A DNA stretch of 64,000 nucleotides. Origin: an uncultured Gammaproteobacteria bacterium. GTDB lineage: Bacteria; Patescibacteriota; Microgenomatia; Levybacterales; GWA1-39-11. Made by a program: the position numbers and the translations under genes. The notes below the pieces were generated by a model. That model was given only the letters and a program-made list of their open reading frames with translations, was not told the DNA's origin and made no database searches. The DNA is taken from assembly GCA_964472415.1 (NCBI GenBank), contig CAYYLC010000002.1, positions 32,470-96,469 of the forward strand. The letters are read 5' to 3'. Every line of letters begins with the position of its first letter. Position 1 is the stretch's first letter. Below are positions 24,875-34,305 of the stretch, piece after piece.

Positions 24875-27855
24875 TGTGTTGTTTGAGAATCTCCATTTAC
24901 TGCCATAGTTAATGCCTCACCAGTCGCAGGGTCAACAGGAGGAGGGGCTGGAGTTGGATCTTGAGTAATTGGTGCTGCCGGATCAACAATTATTCCACTA
25001 TTTTGCGGAGGTAGCGGTTGACCAGGAGGATACATTCCTTGATTCATTTGAGGATTTCCACCCTGCTGAAGATTGTATACCCCATTTTGCGGCACTACCT
25101 GCCCTCCCTGTTGCACACCATCTTGCCTAAGAGACGGATCCAATTGCGTAGGGTTTTGTTGGGCAGTTGGATTATTAGGGTCTACTGGAATTGTACCTTG
25201 TTGAGGAGGAGCTCCCATCTCCTGCTGCTGATTCTGTGAATTCAATGATTTTTTAAAAGTAAATTGTTTCGTTTGCTCATCATAATCTACGATAATTATA
25301 TCTCCTTGAACAAATTTCTTCCCAATAATATCCATGCTTATCGGGTTTTCTATAACTGACTGGATGAGTCGCCTCAACGGACGGGCACCATACACAGGAT
25401 CAAATCCATCCTTTGCTAAAATCTCAACTGCTTTCTCCGTTATCTCGAGCCCGAATCCTTGCTCTTTCAAAAGTTTCTGCGTATTCTTAATCCCCAACTT
25501 CGAGATCGCATTCATATATTTTTGAGTCAATGGTTTAAAAATGGCAACACCATCAAACCTATTTATAAGTTCTGGTCTAAAGAATTTGATAAGCTCATCC
25601 ATAAGATTCTTGGAGAGCTCCTGGAATACTTTCTCATCAATTTTCTCCTCATCTGTCATTCCTGCTTCCACACTTGAGCTCGGTGGCTGTTCATTTTGAG
25701 AATTTTGATTTTCAGCACTAGGCACAGCTTGAGCCTGTTCAGCACTTACCTCTGCCCCTTTTTCCTTATTATCTGCTACAGAAAGCTCCTTTACTTCTTT
25801 TTGTGTAATTAATGTTTCTTGAATCAATCTGCTCCCAATGTTTGATGTTGCAATAACAATCGTGTTTTTAAATGAAATCGTATTTCCTTTATTATCAGTT
25901 AGCCTTCCATCCTCAAGGAGCTGAAGAAGGATATTAAATACATCCGGGTGTGCTTTCTCTACCTCATCAAGCAACACTATAGAATATGGCTTATGCCTGA
26001 CCGCCTCAGTTAACTGTCCGCCCTCTTCATACCCTACATATCCAGGAGGTGCACCAATGAGCTTTGCAACCTCATGTTTTTCCATATATTCAGACATATC
26101 GAGCCTGACCATCGCATCATCTCTTCCAAATAAAATTTCTGCGAGTGTTTTTGCAAGCTCTGTTTTTCCGACTCCTGTAGGACCCAAAAACATAAATGAT
26201 GCTATTGGCCTATTTGCCGAAGCGAGACCAATCCTCCCACGACGCACTGCTTCTGAGACTGCCTTTACTGCCTCTTCTTGATCAATTAGCCTTTGATGAA
26301 TCAAATCCTCAAGCTGCAAAAGCTTTTTACTTTCATCCTCAGTAAGTTTTGTAACAGGAATTCCTGTCCATGCACTTACAACCTTTTCTATATCAGCCCT
26401 AACAACTTGTGTATCTTTTCGCTTCCCCTCAGCAGCCATAAGCTTTACCTCCGCTGCTGCCTCATCTATTAAATCAATTGATTTATCAGGAAGGTGCCGC
26501 TCACCGATATATTTTTTCGAGAGTTTTACTGAATATTCTATTGCCTCAGGAGTGATAGTTACATTATGAAACTTTTCATATTTTACCTGTAAAACCTTCA
26601 TCATTTCTATTGCCGTCTCGACGCTTGGCTCTTCTACAATTATCGCCTGGAAACGTCTCTGAAATGCCTTGTCTTTTTCAAAGAACTTTCTATATTCTGC
26701 AGTAGTCGTAGTCCCAATAATCTGCAATTGCCCTCGTGCAAGATATGGCTTAATGATGTTTGATGCATCCATCGCACCATCTGTTGAACCAGCGCCAATA
26801 AGCGTATGAATCTCGTCAATAAATAATAGATATTTCCCTTCAGAAAGCATCACTTCTTTAATGACATTCTTCAATCGCTCTTCAAATTCTCCCCTATGCG
26901 AAGCCCCAGCAATAAGAGAAGTTAAATCAAGTTGAATTATTTTCTTATCTTGAAGTTCTTTTGGGAGTTTTTTCTGGACCATTAACTGTGCAAGTGCTTC
27001 AACAATTGCTGTTTTTCCAACTCCTGCCTCCCCAATTAAAATTGGATTATTTTTACTCCGCCTGAGCAATATATGCACAGTGCGCTCTATTTCTTTTTCA
27101 CGGCCGACAACTGGATCAAGCTTTCCGTTTTGCGCCTCAAGCGTTAAATCGATTCCGAACTCCTCAATAACACTTTTTTTACCGGTCTTGAACTTTGTAT
27201 CTTTTTGGATTGCCTCCTCAAAAGCCTTTTTTTCTATTCCTTTCGCCGAAAGAAGTTGTGCAGCTGACTCAGAAGAAAACAGCGCAAGCAATAAATCTTC
27301 TGGTGAAACAAAGCTTGTTCCTCGTTTCTGAGAATTCTGATACGCTTCATCAAAGATCCTCTGTGTTGCTTCTGATAAAATTGGAGGAGTTGTTGCAGTT
27401 CCCGTTTGCTGATGTGTTTCAATTTCCTGTGCGAGCAGCGCCACATCTACTTGATGCTTCTGGAGAATTTTATATATCTCTCGATCATGCGTTAACGCAA
27501 GAAGAAGCATATCAGGCTCAATTGTAGGATGCTGAAAACGTCTGGCGTCATTCTGAGCCTGCTGAAGAATTTGATTGGATCTAGAATCCAAATGGGAAAG
27601 AGCATTAACGTTTTGTCGTTTTGACGGATCCATAGTTGTTCCCGCAATACCTTGATTTGGGGCCATTCCATTTTGCATTTGAACTTGAGGGGGATATCCT
27701 TGCAAAGGCATCTGTGGTGCTCCCTGAACCATCTGATTTTGCTGAGGATCACCTTGCCCTACTACTTGATTATTTGGCGCAAATAGACCCTGCGGGTTCT
27801 GTGGTGCAGGCTTCGCCTCATCAAATTGTTTTTTCTTAAATAAGTCTCCAAACAT
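24871..27855 (-). CDS. ClpA/ClpC-like double-AAA+ ATPase with Gln/Asn/Pro-rich low-complexity N- and C-terminal extensions
   Basis: Clp_N domain, then AAA1 Walker A IGEAGVGKTA and AAA2 Walker A FLGPTGVGKTE, with no M-domain. The first ~75 aa (PQNPQGLFAPNNQVVGQGDPQQNQMVQGAPQMPLQGYPPQVQMQNG) and the last ~120 aa are Q/N/P-rich. Confidence 0.8.
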   Translation of the reverse strand: MFGDLFKKKQFDEAKPAPQNPQGLFAPNNQVVGQGDPQQNQMVQGAPQMPLQGYPPQVQMQNGMAPNQGIAGTTMDPSKRQNVNALSHLDSRSNQILQQAQNDARRFQHPTIEPDMLLLALTHDREIYKILQKHQVDVALLAQEIETHQQTGTATTPPILSEATQRIFDEAYQNSQKRGTSFVSPEDLLLALFSSESAAQLLSAKGIEKKAFEEAIQKDTKFKTGKKSVIEEFGIDLTLEAQNGKLDPVVGREKEIERTVHILLRRSKNNPILIGEAGVGKTAIVEALAQLMVQKKLPKELQDKKIIQLDLTSLIAGASHRGEFEERLKNVIKEVMLSEGKYLLFIDEIHTLIGAGSTDGAMDASNIIKPYLARGQLQIIGTTTTAEYRKFFEKDKAFQRRFQAIIVEEPSVETAIEMMKVLQVKYEKFHNVTITPEAIEYSVKLSKKYIGERHLPDKSIDLIDEAAAEVKLMAAEGKRKDTQVVRADIEKVVSAWTGIPVTKLTEDESKKLLQLEDLIHQRLIDQEEAVKAVSEAVRRGRIGLASANRPIASFMFLGPTGVGKTELAKTLAEILFGRDDAMVRLDMSEYMEKHEVAKLIGAPPGYVGYEEGGQLTEAVRHKPYSIVLLDEVEKAHPDVFNILLQLLEDGRLTDNKGNTISFKNTIVIATSNIGSRLIQETLITQKEVKELSVADNKEKGAEVSAEQAQAVPSAENQNSQNEQPPSSSVEAGMTDEEKIDEKVFQELSKNLMDELIKFFRPELINRFDGVAIFKPLTQKYMNAISKLGIKNTQKLLKEQGFGLEITEKAVEILAKDGFDPVYGARPLRRLIQSVIENPISMDIIGKKFVQGDIIIVDYDEQTKQFTFKKSLNSQNQQQEMGAPPQQGTIPVDPNNPTAQQNPTQLDPSLRQDGVQQGGQVVPQNGVYNLQQGGNPQMNQGMYPPGQPLPPQNSGIIVDPAAPITQDPTPAPPPVDPATGEALTMAVNGDSQTTQ

Positions 27856-27904
27856 ATTTCTATTATAGACAAATTACAAACTATTGACCAAATTATAAGT
27901 CCCT

Positions 27905-30292
27905 TTATGCATCTTGCTCTCCTGAATTATTATCTTTATTTTGCTCAATTGGCAATTCTCGTCGCATAACCATCTCAGCAGAAGCTGATTCTTGCCGTGG
28001 CTTATTTTTAAGAAGCATATCATCTTCCTCACGCTTTTGGGTTAATGCTTCTAGCACCTCACGACCAGCAGCTTGCTTTGCCTTGAGATATGCAATAACC
28101 TCTGCTTTTGAAAATCCTCCAATTAACAAGAATGGCAACACATCCGAAACTGTTTCCATGCCTTTTTGTATTTGTGTTTGATCTGGAGAGCTTAAGAGAT
28201 TTATTGCTTCTTCTATCTTTTGACCATCCTGAGTAACCCACTCTTCCTTTGAAAGCCTCTTTCCATCAAGCGGTGCTGGTGGTTCCATATTGGCGTAATT
28301 TTCCTTCCATATATTCTTTACTTCTTCATACTCATCCAAGCTTACTTGTTGAACACGATTGACTACCGGCAGTGATGCTTGTGCAATAGCACTTACCCCT
28401 TCTTGCGGAAGTACTTTTTCTGCAAGCTGGCTTCCTTTCTCTTTTTCTGCAAATAATTTCTCCTTTACTTTATCGAGAAGTGATTGTCGCTCTTCCTCAT
28501 TAATTGTCTCACTTGCAACCTTATTACTCATGTCCAAAACATAGGTTGCGAGCGGATTCCCTTGACTCTGCGCAGAGAGTAACTCTTCACGAATAGATTG
28601 TGCCTTTTGTCGCTCTTGGGGAGAAAGTGCTCTTGTAGGAGACGCGATATGCTGAAGCGTAAGATTCAAACGATTCTTTACCATCTCGCCTGCCATTCGT
28701 CCTCGCATACCAACTTGTGATCCAAGACGTGACGCACTCAAAATAGAAGATGCAAGAGGGTCTCCCTTCTGCTGCATTTGAACCAATTTTTCTTTAATAG
28801 TTGTAAACTTCTCACGTTCAATAACAGGAGCTGTCGCAGGAGATGAGATTTGACTCAGCTTATTTGTTACCTCAGTGCGCTGCTGCTGAATAGTCTGATT
28901 TTTTGTCAATGAGGCTGATTCCATACGCGCAATATCACGCATTTTTGGAATTGAGAGATTTGCAAGTCGCATTACCTCTGTCGTTTCATTTGTAACTGCA
29001 GAAGTCCTTTGTTGAGAAGATACCCCTTTATTTACATCAGCACTCGTTATTTTCTTAACAGGTATCTGCATTTGCCGCTTATTTGAAAATGGCAAACTCA
29101 TAGCACGCCCAGCTCCTGCCGGACTAATTGGCGGTGGGGGAGGAGGAGATCCAGGAGGAGATCCAGCAGGTTGATTGATAAATGGAATGTTTGTCCTTGC
29201 TATTCGCCGATACAACGCAGTCTCGGTAAATGATGCATTATTTATGTAATCCAAAAATATCTGCAACAACAGCCAGGGAAGGAGGATCACTACCCAGAGC
29301 ATTAAGAGCGCTACGACATACTGTGCAAATGTGTCACTCAAATTTACAGAATTTGTAATTCCGATTCGCTGCGCTGGACCTCCAAGTAAAATACTAATTG
29401 CTGTCGGATATACTACCTGACCTTGTTCTACTCCAGAAAAATCAAATCCTAATGGAATTCTATCTCGCCACATTCCAACTAAACCATGGAGGAAAATCGC
29501 AAAAAGAGGAGCGTATAAAAGCCATCGGAAAAATTCTCCCACCCATACTTTGGCAGTATTTCTCAGTGGAGAAAAAAAGATTAAAAGCGGAAAAACAGGC
29601 GAGATGATAAGAAAAAACCATAATATAATTTTCCTGATTAGGAGAATACCTGACATCACATAATATGTCACCGCAGTAATCCGAACAAGTAAAAGCGAAA
29701 TATAGGCAGACTCATCATATTGGATACCTGCCTTTCGATAACCCATAAATTGATAATCAAATCCTATATAGAGAAGGTCTGTTGGATCAATCAATCGTTC
29801 ATTCTGAGACTCTGGATCTGTCGTTGCAAGAAAGAAACCTTGAATAACATCAAAAAACTGATAAAGAAATCTCACAATCGCAAAGGACAAAACAATAAAA
29901 AGGAGAATTATGATGAATCGAGGAATAAACCGCACAATGGTAAGATTCTGCCCTCTTGTAATAATCATAATAAACGCAGCAACAAGAATAAAAAGTACGA
30001 TTAACGCAAGAACTATTCGAAGAATCTCGCTCCAAAATACTGCTAGAGGATTCGTTGCAGCATCTTCTCCAAGATCAATCCACTCATAATTCTGCAATGT
30101 CCATTCTAAAAACGCATTTGCACGAGCTGCCGTTTTCCCAATAAACGTTACCTCTTGATCTTCTCTCCAATCGGCTAACACATCGGGCACAGGGGTAGTG
30201 CCCACAACTTGTGCTGAAGCAGTGCCGGGAAAGGAAAAGACACCTGATAAAAATAGGACTGTGGTAAACAATATGGGCAGTAATCGTTTCAT
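27905..30292 (-). CDS. Large polytopic membrane protein, VirB6/TrbL-like (putative type IV secretion-like channel component) with a long coiled C-terminal cytoplasmic domain
   Basis: Signal peptide, about 6-7 TM helices over residues 90-350, a poly-Pro linker (SPPGSPPPPPPISPAG), then a ~400-aa Gln/Glu/Lys-rich domain. It lies immediately downstream of a VirB2-like pilin gene. The family assignment is by architecture. Confidence 0.35.
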   Translation of the reverse strand: MKRLLPILFTTVLFLSGVFSFPGTASAQVVGTTPVPDVLADWREDQEVTFIGKTAARANAFLEWTLQNYEWIDLGEDAATNPLAVFWSEILRIVLALIVLFILVAAFIMIITRGQNLTIVRFIPRFIIILLFIVLSFAIVRFLYQFFDVIQGFFLATTDPESQNERLIDPTDLLYIGFDYQFMGYRKAGIQYDESAYISLLLVRITAVTYYVMSGILLIRKIILWFFLIISPVFPLLIFFSPLRNTAKVWVGEFFRWLLYAPLFAIFLHGLVGMWRDRIPLGFDFSGVEQGQVVYPTAISILLGGPAQRIGITNSVNLSDTFAQYVVALLMLWVVILLPWLLLQIFLDYINNASFTETALYRRIARTNIPFINQPAGSPPGSPPPPPPISPAGAGRAMSLPFSNKRQMQIPVKKITSADVNKGVSSQQRTSAVTNETTEVMRLANLSIPKMRDIARMESASLTKNQTIQQQRTEVTNKLSQISSPATAPVIEREKFTTIKEKLVQMQQKGDPLASSILSASRLGSQVGMRGRMAGEMVKNRLNLTLQHIASPTRALSPQERQKAQSIREELLSAQSQGNPLATYVLDMSNKVASETINEEERQSLLDKVKEKLFAEKEKGSQLAEKVLPQEGVSAIAQASLPVVNRVQQVSLDEYEEVKNIWKENYANMEPPAPLDGKRLSKEEWVTQDGQKIEEAINLLSSPDQTQIQKGMETVSDVLPFLLIGGFSKAEVIAYLKAKQAAGREVLEALTQKREEDDMLLKNKPRQESASAEMVMRRELPIEQNKDNNSGEQDA

Positions 30293-30295
30293 AGC

Positions 30296-30592
30296 TTAGC
30301 TGAATCCGGGAATTTGTAAAATATCTCCACTAATAATTTGCATAAACACAAACCCGAAAACAGCAAGCAAGACGCCAATAATAGAATACGTTATGTATGA
30401 TTTTCCTATTTGAAGCTTACTTGGATCGCCCTGAGAAGTCATAATATAATACCCACCCACAATAATAAAAATAAGCGCAACCATTCCAATAAACCCAAGC
30501 CCTATTCCATAAAATTTCTCAACAAATCCGACAGGGTCATTCGGGATACACCCAAAATCTGTCATTATTTCACTAGGAGCACACACAGCCAT
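30296..30592 (-). CDS. VirB2/TrbC-like T4SS-type pilin (two-TM hairpin)
   Basis: Two conserved N-terminal Cys (C4, C15), TM1 FYGIGLGFIGMVALIFIIVGGYYIM, the loop motif TSQGDPSKLQIGKSYI, and TM2 YSIIGVLLAVFGFVFMQII. Confidence 0.4.
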   Translation of the reverse strand: MAVCAPSEIMTDFGCIPNDPVGFVEKFYGIGLGFIGMVALIFIIVGGYYIMTSQGDPSKLQIGKSYITYSIIGVLLAVFGFVFMQIISGDILQIPGFS

Positions 30593-30645
30593 AGTATCAT
30601 CGTATCATGCAGAAGAACGCAAGACAAGAATTGGAGAAGAGGAAA

Positions 30646-32553
30646 TTAGTTTTTTACGTCAGGCTCGTCTACGACTTCACCTTCCATAGATTCTTTTGTA
30701 TCTTTTTCAGGAGCTTCTTTCGTATCATCTGAAGAAGTCTTATCTGAAGAATCTGTTTGCTCAGCTTGAGAATACATTTTTTCACCAATCTTTGAGAGTG
30801 CCTCAGAAAGTTCCTTTGTTTTGCTTTCTATCTCATCCCTACTTTCTCCTTCAAGCGTCTTTCTCAAATCAGAGATAAGAGTCTCAAGGCCTTTCTTATC
30901 ATCTTCATTCATATCTTTCATATCATTGATTGTCTTCTCAGTAGTAATAATAAGCGCCTCTGCACTATTTTTTGCATCAATAATCTCTTTTTTCTTTTTA
31001 TCTTCTTCAGCATACATCTCCGCTTCTTTTGTCATTTTTTGTATTTCTTCATCAGAAAGACCGGTAGATCCAGTAATCGTAATGCTTTGCTCTTTTCCAG
31101 TTGCTTTGTCTTTTGCAGTAACAGACAACATTCCTGAAGCATCAATATCAAATGTCACTTCAACCTGAGGCACGCCTCGTGGTGCTGGTGGAATTCCATC
31201 AAGAATAAAACGTCCAAGCGACTTATTATCAGCGGCCATTGGGCGCTCTCCTTGAAGAATATGAATCTCTACTTGAGTTTGATTATCAGCTGCGGTTGAA
31301 AATATTTGTGATTTCTTCGTAGGAATTGTCGCATTTTTCTCAATTAATGGCGTTGCGACTCCGCCCAGCGTTTCAATAGAAAGTGTTAATGGTGTGACAT
31401 CAAGAAGTAGAACATCTTTCACATCTCCCCCTAAAACTCCAGCCTGTACTGCAGCACCAACTGCTACAACCTCATCAGGGTTTACAGACTTATTTGGCTC
31501 CTTCCCAAAAAACTTTGTTACTTCTTCCACAATCTTTGGCATTCGCGTCATTCCTCCCACCAGGATAACTTCATCAATTTTCCCTGATTCTACTTTTGCA
31601 TCTTTGAGCGCCTTTTTTACCGGATCAAAAGTTCTCGTAATCAAATCTGAAACAAGAGATTCCAGCTTTGAGCGAGAGAGCTTTGTCGTGAGATGAAGTG
31701 GGCCACTATCAGACATGGTGATAAATGGCTGATTGATCTCTACCTCCTTTGAAGAAGAGAGTTCTATTTTCGCTTTCTCAGCCGCCTCTTTCAGACGCTG
31801 CAAAGCCTGCTTATCCGCTCGCAAATCCACACTGTGTTCTTTCTTAAATTCATCTGCGAGATAGTCGATCAACGCTTGATCGAAATCATCTCCTCCAAGG
31901 TGCGTGTCTCCATTTGTGGCCTTTACTTCGTATACACCCTCACCAAGTTCCAGAATAGAAATATCAAACGTTCCACCACCCAAATCATATACTGCAATTG
32001 TGTGTGCATGCTTTTTATCCATTCCATAAGAAAGTGCAGCTGCAGTCGGCTCGTTTACAATTCTGAGCACTTCAAGCCCAGCAATTTCACCTGCTTGTTT
32101 CGTCGCCTGACGCTGAGCATCATCAAAATATGCAGGGACAGTAATTACTGCTTGCGTTACTTTATCACCAAGATAATCTTCTGCATCCTTTTTGAGTTTT
32201 TGGAGAACCTTCGCTGAAATTTCCTGTGGAGTATATGTCTTTCCGTCTACTTCAACTGCCACCATCCCATTTTTTCCTTCGACGATCTTATACGGAAGGA
32301 ATTTTATAGCCTCCTGTACCTCTTTATCCTTGAAGCGTCTTCCCATAAGCCTCTTTACAGAGTAAATAATTTTTTCCGGTTTTAGAACCATCTGACGCTT
32401 CGCAACTTCTCCTACCACTCCTTCAACAGGATCAACTACTGACGGGGTCGTGTTTTTACCTTCCGAATTAAAAATTACCTTCGGACTTCCACCCTCCATG
32501 ACAGCCATGCAAGAATTCGTTGTACCTAAATCTATTCCTATTATTTTTCCCAT
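30646..32553 (-). CDS. dnaK: Molecular chaperone DnaK (Hsp70)
   Basis: [26 protein letters not shown], and a full Hsp70 architecture with an acidic C-terminus. Start chosen at MGKIIG by homology; the track ORF extends to 32607. Confidence 0.95.
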   Translation of the reverse strand: MGKIIGIDLGTTNSCMAVMEGGSPKVIFNSEGKNTTPSVVDPVEGVVGEVAKRQMVLKPEKIIYSVKRLMGRRFKDKEVQEAIKFLPYKIVEGKNGMVAVEVDGKTYTPQEISAKVLQKLKKDAEDYLGDKVTQAVITVPAYFDDAQRQATKQAGEIAGLEVLRIVNEPTAAALSYGMDKKHAHTIAVYDLGGGTFDISILELGEGVYEVKATNGDTHLGGDDFDQALIDYLADEFKKEHSVDLRADKQALQRLKEAAEKAKIELSSSKEVEINQPFITMSDSGPLHLTTKLSRSKLESLVSDLITRTFDPVKKALKDAKVESGKIDEVILVGGMTRMPKIVEEVTKFFGKEPNKSVNPDEVVAVGAAVQAGVLGGDVKDVLLLDVTPLTLSIETLGGVATPLIEKNATIPTKKSQIFSTAADNQTQVEIHILQGERPMAADNKSLGRFILDGIPPAPRGVPQVEVTFDIDASGMLSVTAKDKATGKEQSITITGSTGLSDEEIQKMTKEAEMYAEEDKKKKEIIDAKNSAEALIITTEKTINDMKDMNEDDKKGLETLISDLRKTLEGESRDEIESKTKELSEALSKIGEKMYSQAEQTDSSDKTSSDDTKEAPEKDTKESMEGEVVDEPDVKN

Positions 32554-32628
32554 AATTACATTTATTGTTTTATTTTTATCAAATATTTCGCTTATATCAA
32601 GTATCAATTCCTTAATACTTTATATAAA

Positions 32629-33093
32629 TTAAATATTCTCTTCGCCACCCCCTACTCTTACCTGTGCGGGCCGAATTACTTTATCAAATAGCATAAACCC
32701 TGGCATCAATTCTGCAACTACAATATCTTTTTTTCCCTCTACCACATCAACGCACTCCATTTGATTCGGATCAAACTCCCTCCCCAATACTTCGATTCTT
32801 ACAACTCCTACCTCCTGCAGACTCTCCGTCAACTTCTTAATAGTTAGCTTAATTCCTTCATCTTCAATATATCTTTCTGCTAAGTATAAATTATCGAAAG
32901 CCGGCAAAAGCCTTTTTAAGAGCTCTTCGTTTGCATATCTGATAGAACCTGCTCGCTCCTCAAGGACGCGTCTTTCAAGATTCTGATAATCAGCAAGTGC
33001 CCTCTTCAAGTTCTCTTCAAGATTTGCTATTTGATTTTCAAAGTCCTTTACATCAGTCTTTTTCTTATTACCTGTTTTCTTCTCCTCTTTCAT
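32629..33093 (-). CDS. grpE: Nucleotide exchange factor GrpE
   Basis: Coiled N-terminus, then KRLLPAFDNL...VGVVRIEVLGREFDPNQMECV, typical of GrpE. It sits between hrcA and dnaK. Confidence 0.85.
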   Translation of the reverse strand: MKEEKKTGNKKKTDVKDFENQIANLEENLKRALADYQNLERRVLEERAGSIRYANEELLKRLLPAFDNLYLAERYIEDEGIKLTIKKLTESLQEVGVVRIEVLGREFDPNQMECVDVVEGKKDIVVAELMPGFMLFDKVIRPAQVRVGGGEENI

Positions 33094-33107
33094 AGTATGT
33101 TTTCATT

Positions 33108-33830
33108 TTACCAATCTGCAACCTCATCTACCAGTGACCCATAGTATCGAACAACTGGCAAGATGTATTCGTATCGCATCCGGAACGGTCCGATAACACC
33201 AATCGTTCCTGTATAACTTCGCCTTGTATTAAATTTTGCAAAAACAAAACTATACGGTCTCAAAACTTCTTGCTCAAACTCGTCTCCCAAAATTACCGTA
33301 CATTTCTCAGTAATCCTTCCATAAATTGCATCAAAATACTCTTCATTATCTAAAATTGCTAATAAGTTCTTCATGACATCAATGTCATAAAATTCTGGCA
33401 TTGAGAGAATGTTTGAATATCCTGCAAAAAATAAATCGCCTACGCTCGTACTCGCAACAGCAAGTGACTTTGTCTTCTCTGCCAATTTCTTTGTTGCTGC
33501 ACGTAAAAACTGTGCTTCTTTTGAACGCAAGTCCCAAATATTTTCTTTTGCCTCAACCTCTTCTGCAACAGAAAGCTCTTTTTCTTTCATAAGCTCGTTG
33601 ATGTAGAGCTTTATTGCTCTTGAAGTTGGAACATTTCCTGATGAGGAATGGGCTTTTGCAAGATATCCTTTTTTTACCATGCTTGCCGTTTCATTCCTAA
33701 TCGTAGCTGGACTTACTCCCAAGTCATATTTTTTCTCAAGAGTCTCAGACCCAACTGGACTTGCTGTATCTGTATATTCTTTGACAATGTGCTTCAAGAT
33801 CTCGATTTGTCGCTGCGTTAAATCGTACAT
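33108..33830 (-). CDS. hrcA: Heat-inducible transcription repressor HrcA
   Basis: MYDLTQRQIEILKHIVKEYTDTASPVGSETLEKKY (winged-helix N-terminus). Start chosen at MYDL so that the CIRCE operator lies upstream; the track ORF starts at 33908. Confidence 0.8.
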   Translation of the reverse strand: MYDLTQRQIEILKHIVKEYTDTASPVGSETLEKKYDLGVSPATIRNETASMVKKGYLAKAHSSSGNVPTSRAIKLYINELMKEKELSVAEEVEAKENIWDLRSKEAQFLRAATKKLAEKTKSLAVASTSVGDLFFAGYSNILSMPEFYDIDVMKNLLAILDNEEYFDAIYGRITEKCTVILGDEFEQEVLRPYSFVFAKFNTRRSYTGTIGVIGPFRMRYEYILPVVRYYGSLVDEVADW

Positions 33831-33853
33831 ACCTGCTAAACGTTTATTGAGTA

Positions 33854-33880
33854 TTAGCACTAATATAGCATGACTGCTAA
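33854..33880. promoter_or_regulatory. CIRCE operator (HrcA binding site) upstream of hrcA-grpE-dnaK
   Basis: TTAGCACTA-ATATAGCAT-GACTGCTAA versus consensus TTAGCACTC-N9-GAGTGCTAA, one mismatch per half-site. Confidence 0.8.
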
Positions 33881-33912
33881 GTCTTGTCAAGAGCCTCCAT
33901 GATGTCAAATCA

Positions 33913-34269
33913 TTGTTTTTTTGCTACGCTATATCTATGCATCAAAGAAAATCGTTTATCCCCGCATTATTATCTTCATTTATTTTATTTCTCTGCCTTG
34001 TCCTGTTTATCATTTTTATATCTCCAAACAAACAAACGTTCTTTTCACTTCCAATCTCGCCATTTATCTTTTTTTTTCTTTTAGTTTTTATATCAACAGC
34101 CCTTCTCGGAAGCTTTATTTTTGCTAATTATATTCGAGGAATCTTTCTGGGAAGCTACATATTCACTATACTCTTATTGCGGTTTTTCGGATTCACCAAT
34201 ATATTGTATCCAATCCTCCTCGTGTTTCTCATAATTCTCATCGATCAATTTATATCACAGCGTGCTTGA
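33913..34269 (+). CDS. Small hydrophobic membrane protein ORF (hypothetical)
   Basis: 118 aa with 3-4 predicted TM segments and no recognisable motif. It may be spurious, as it lies in the hrcA/metG intergenic region. Confidence 0.25.
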   Translation: MFFCYAISMHQRKSFIPALLSSFILFLCLVLFIIFISPNKQTFFSLPISPFIFFFLLVFISTALLGSFIFANYIRGIFLGSYIFTILLLRFFGFTNILYPILLVFLIILIDQFISQRA

Positions 34270-34305
34270 GTTAGAAATTGTCAGCTGATACAATTCCCCT
34301 ACATT

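Noticed and set aside
32554-32607. Longer dnaK start (MILDISEIF...)
   Set aside because: DnaK homology begins at [14 protein letters not shown]. The 18 extra residues have no counterpart.
33831-33908. Longer hrcA start (MTSWRLL... at 33908)
   Set aside because: It would place the CIRCE operator inside coding sequence. The HrcA homology starts at MYDLTQRQ (33830).
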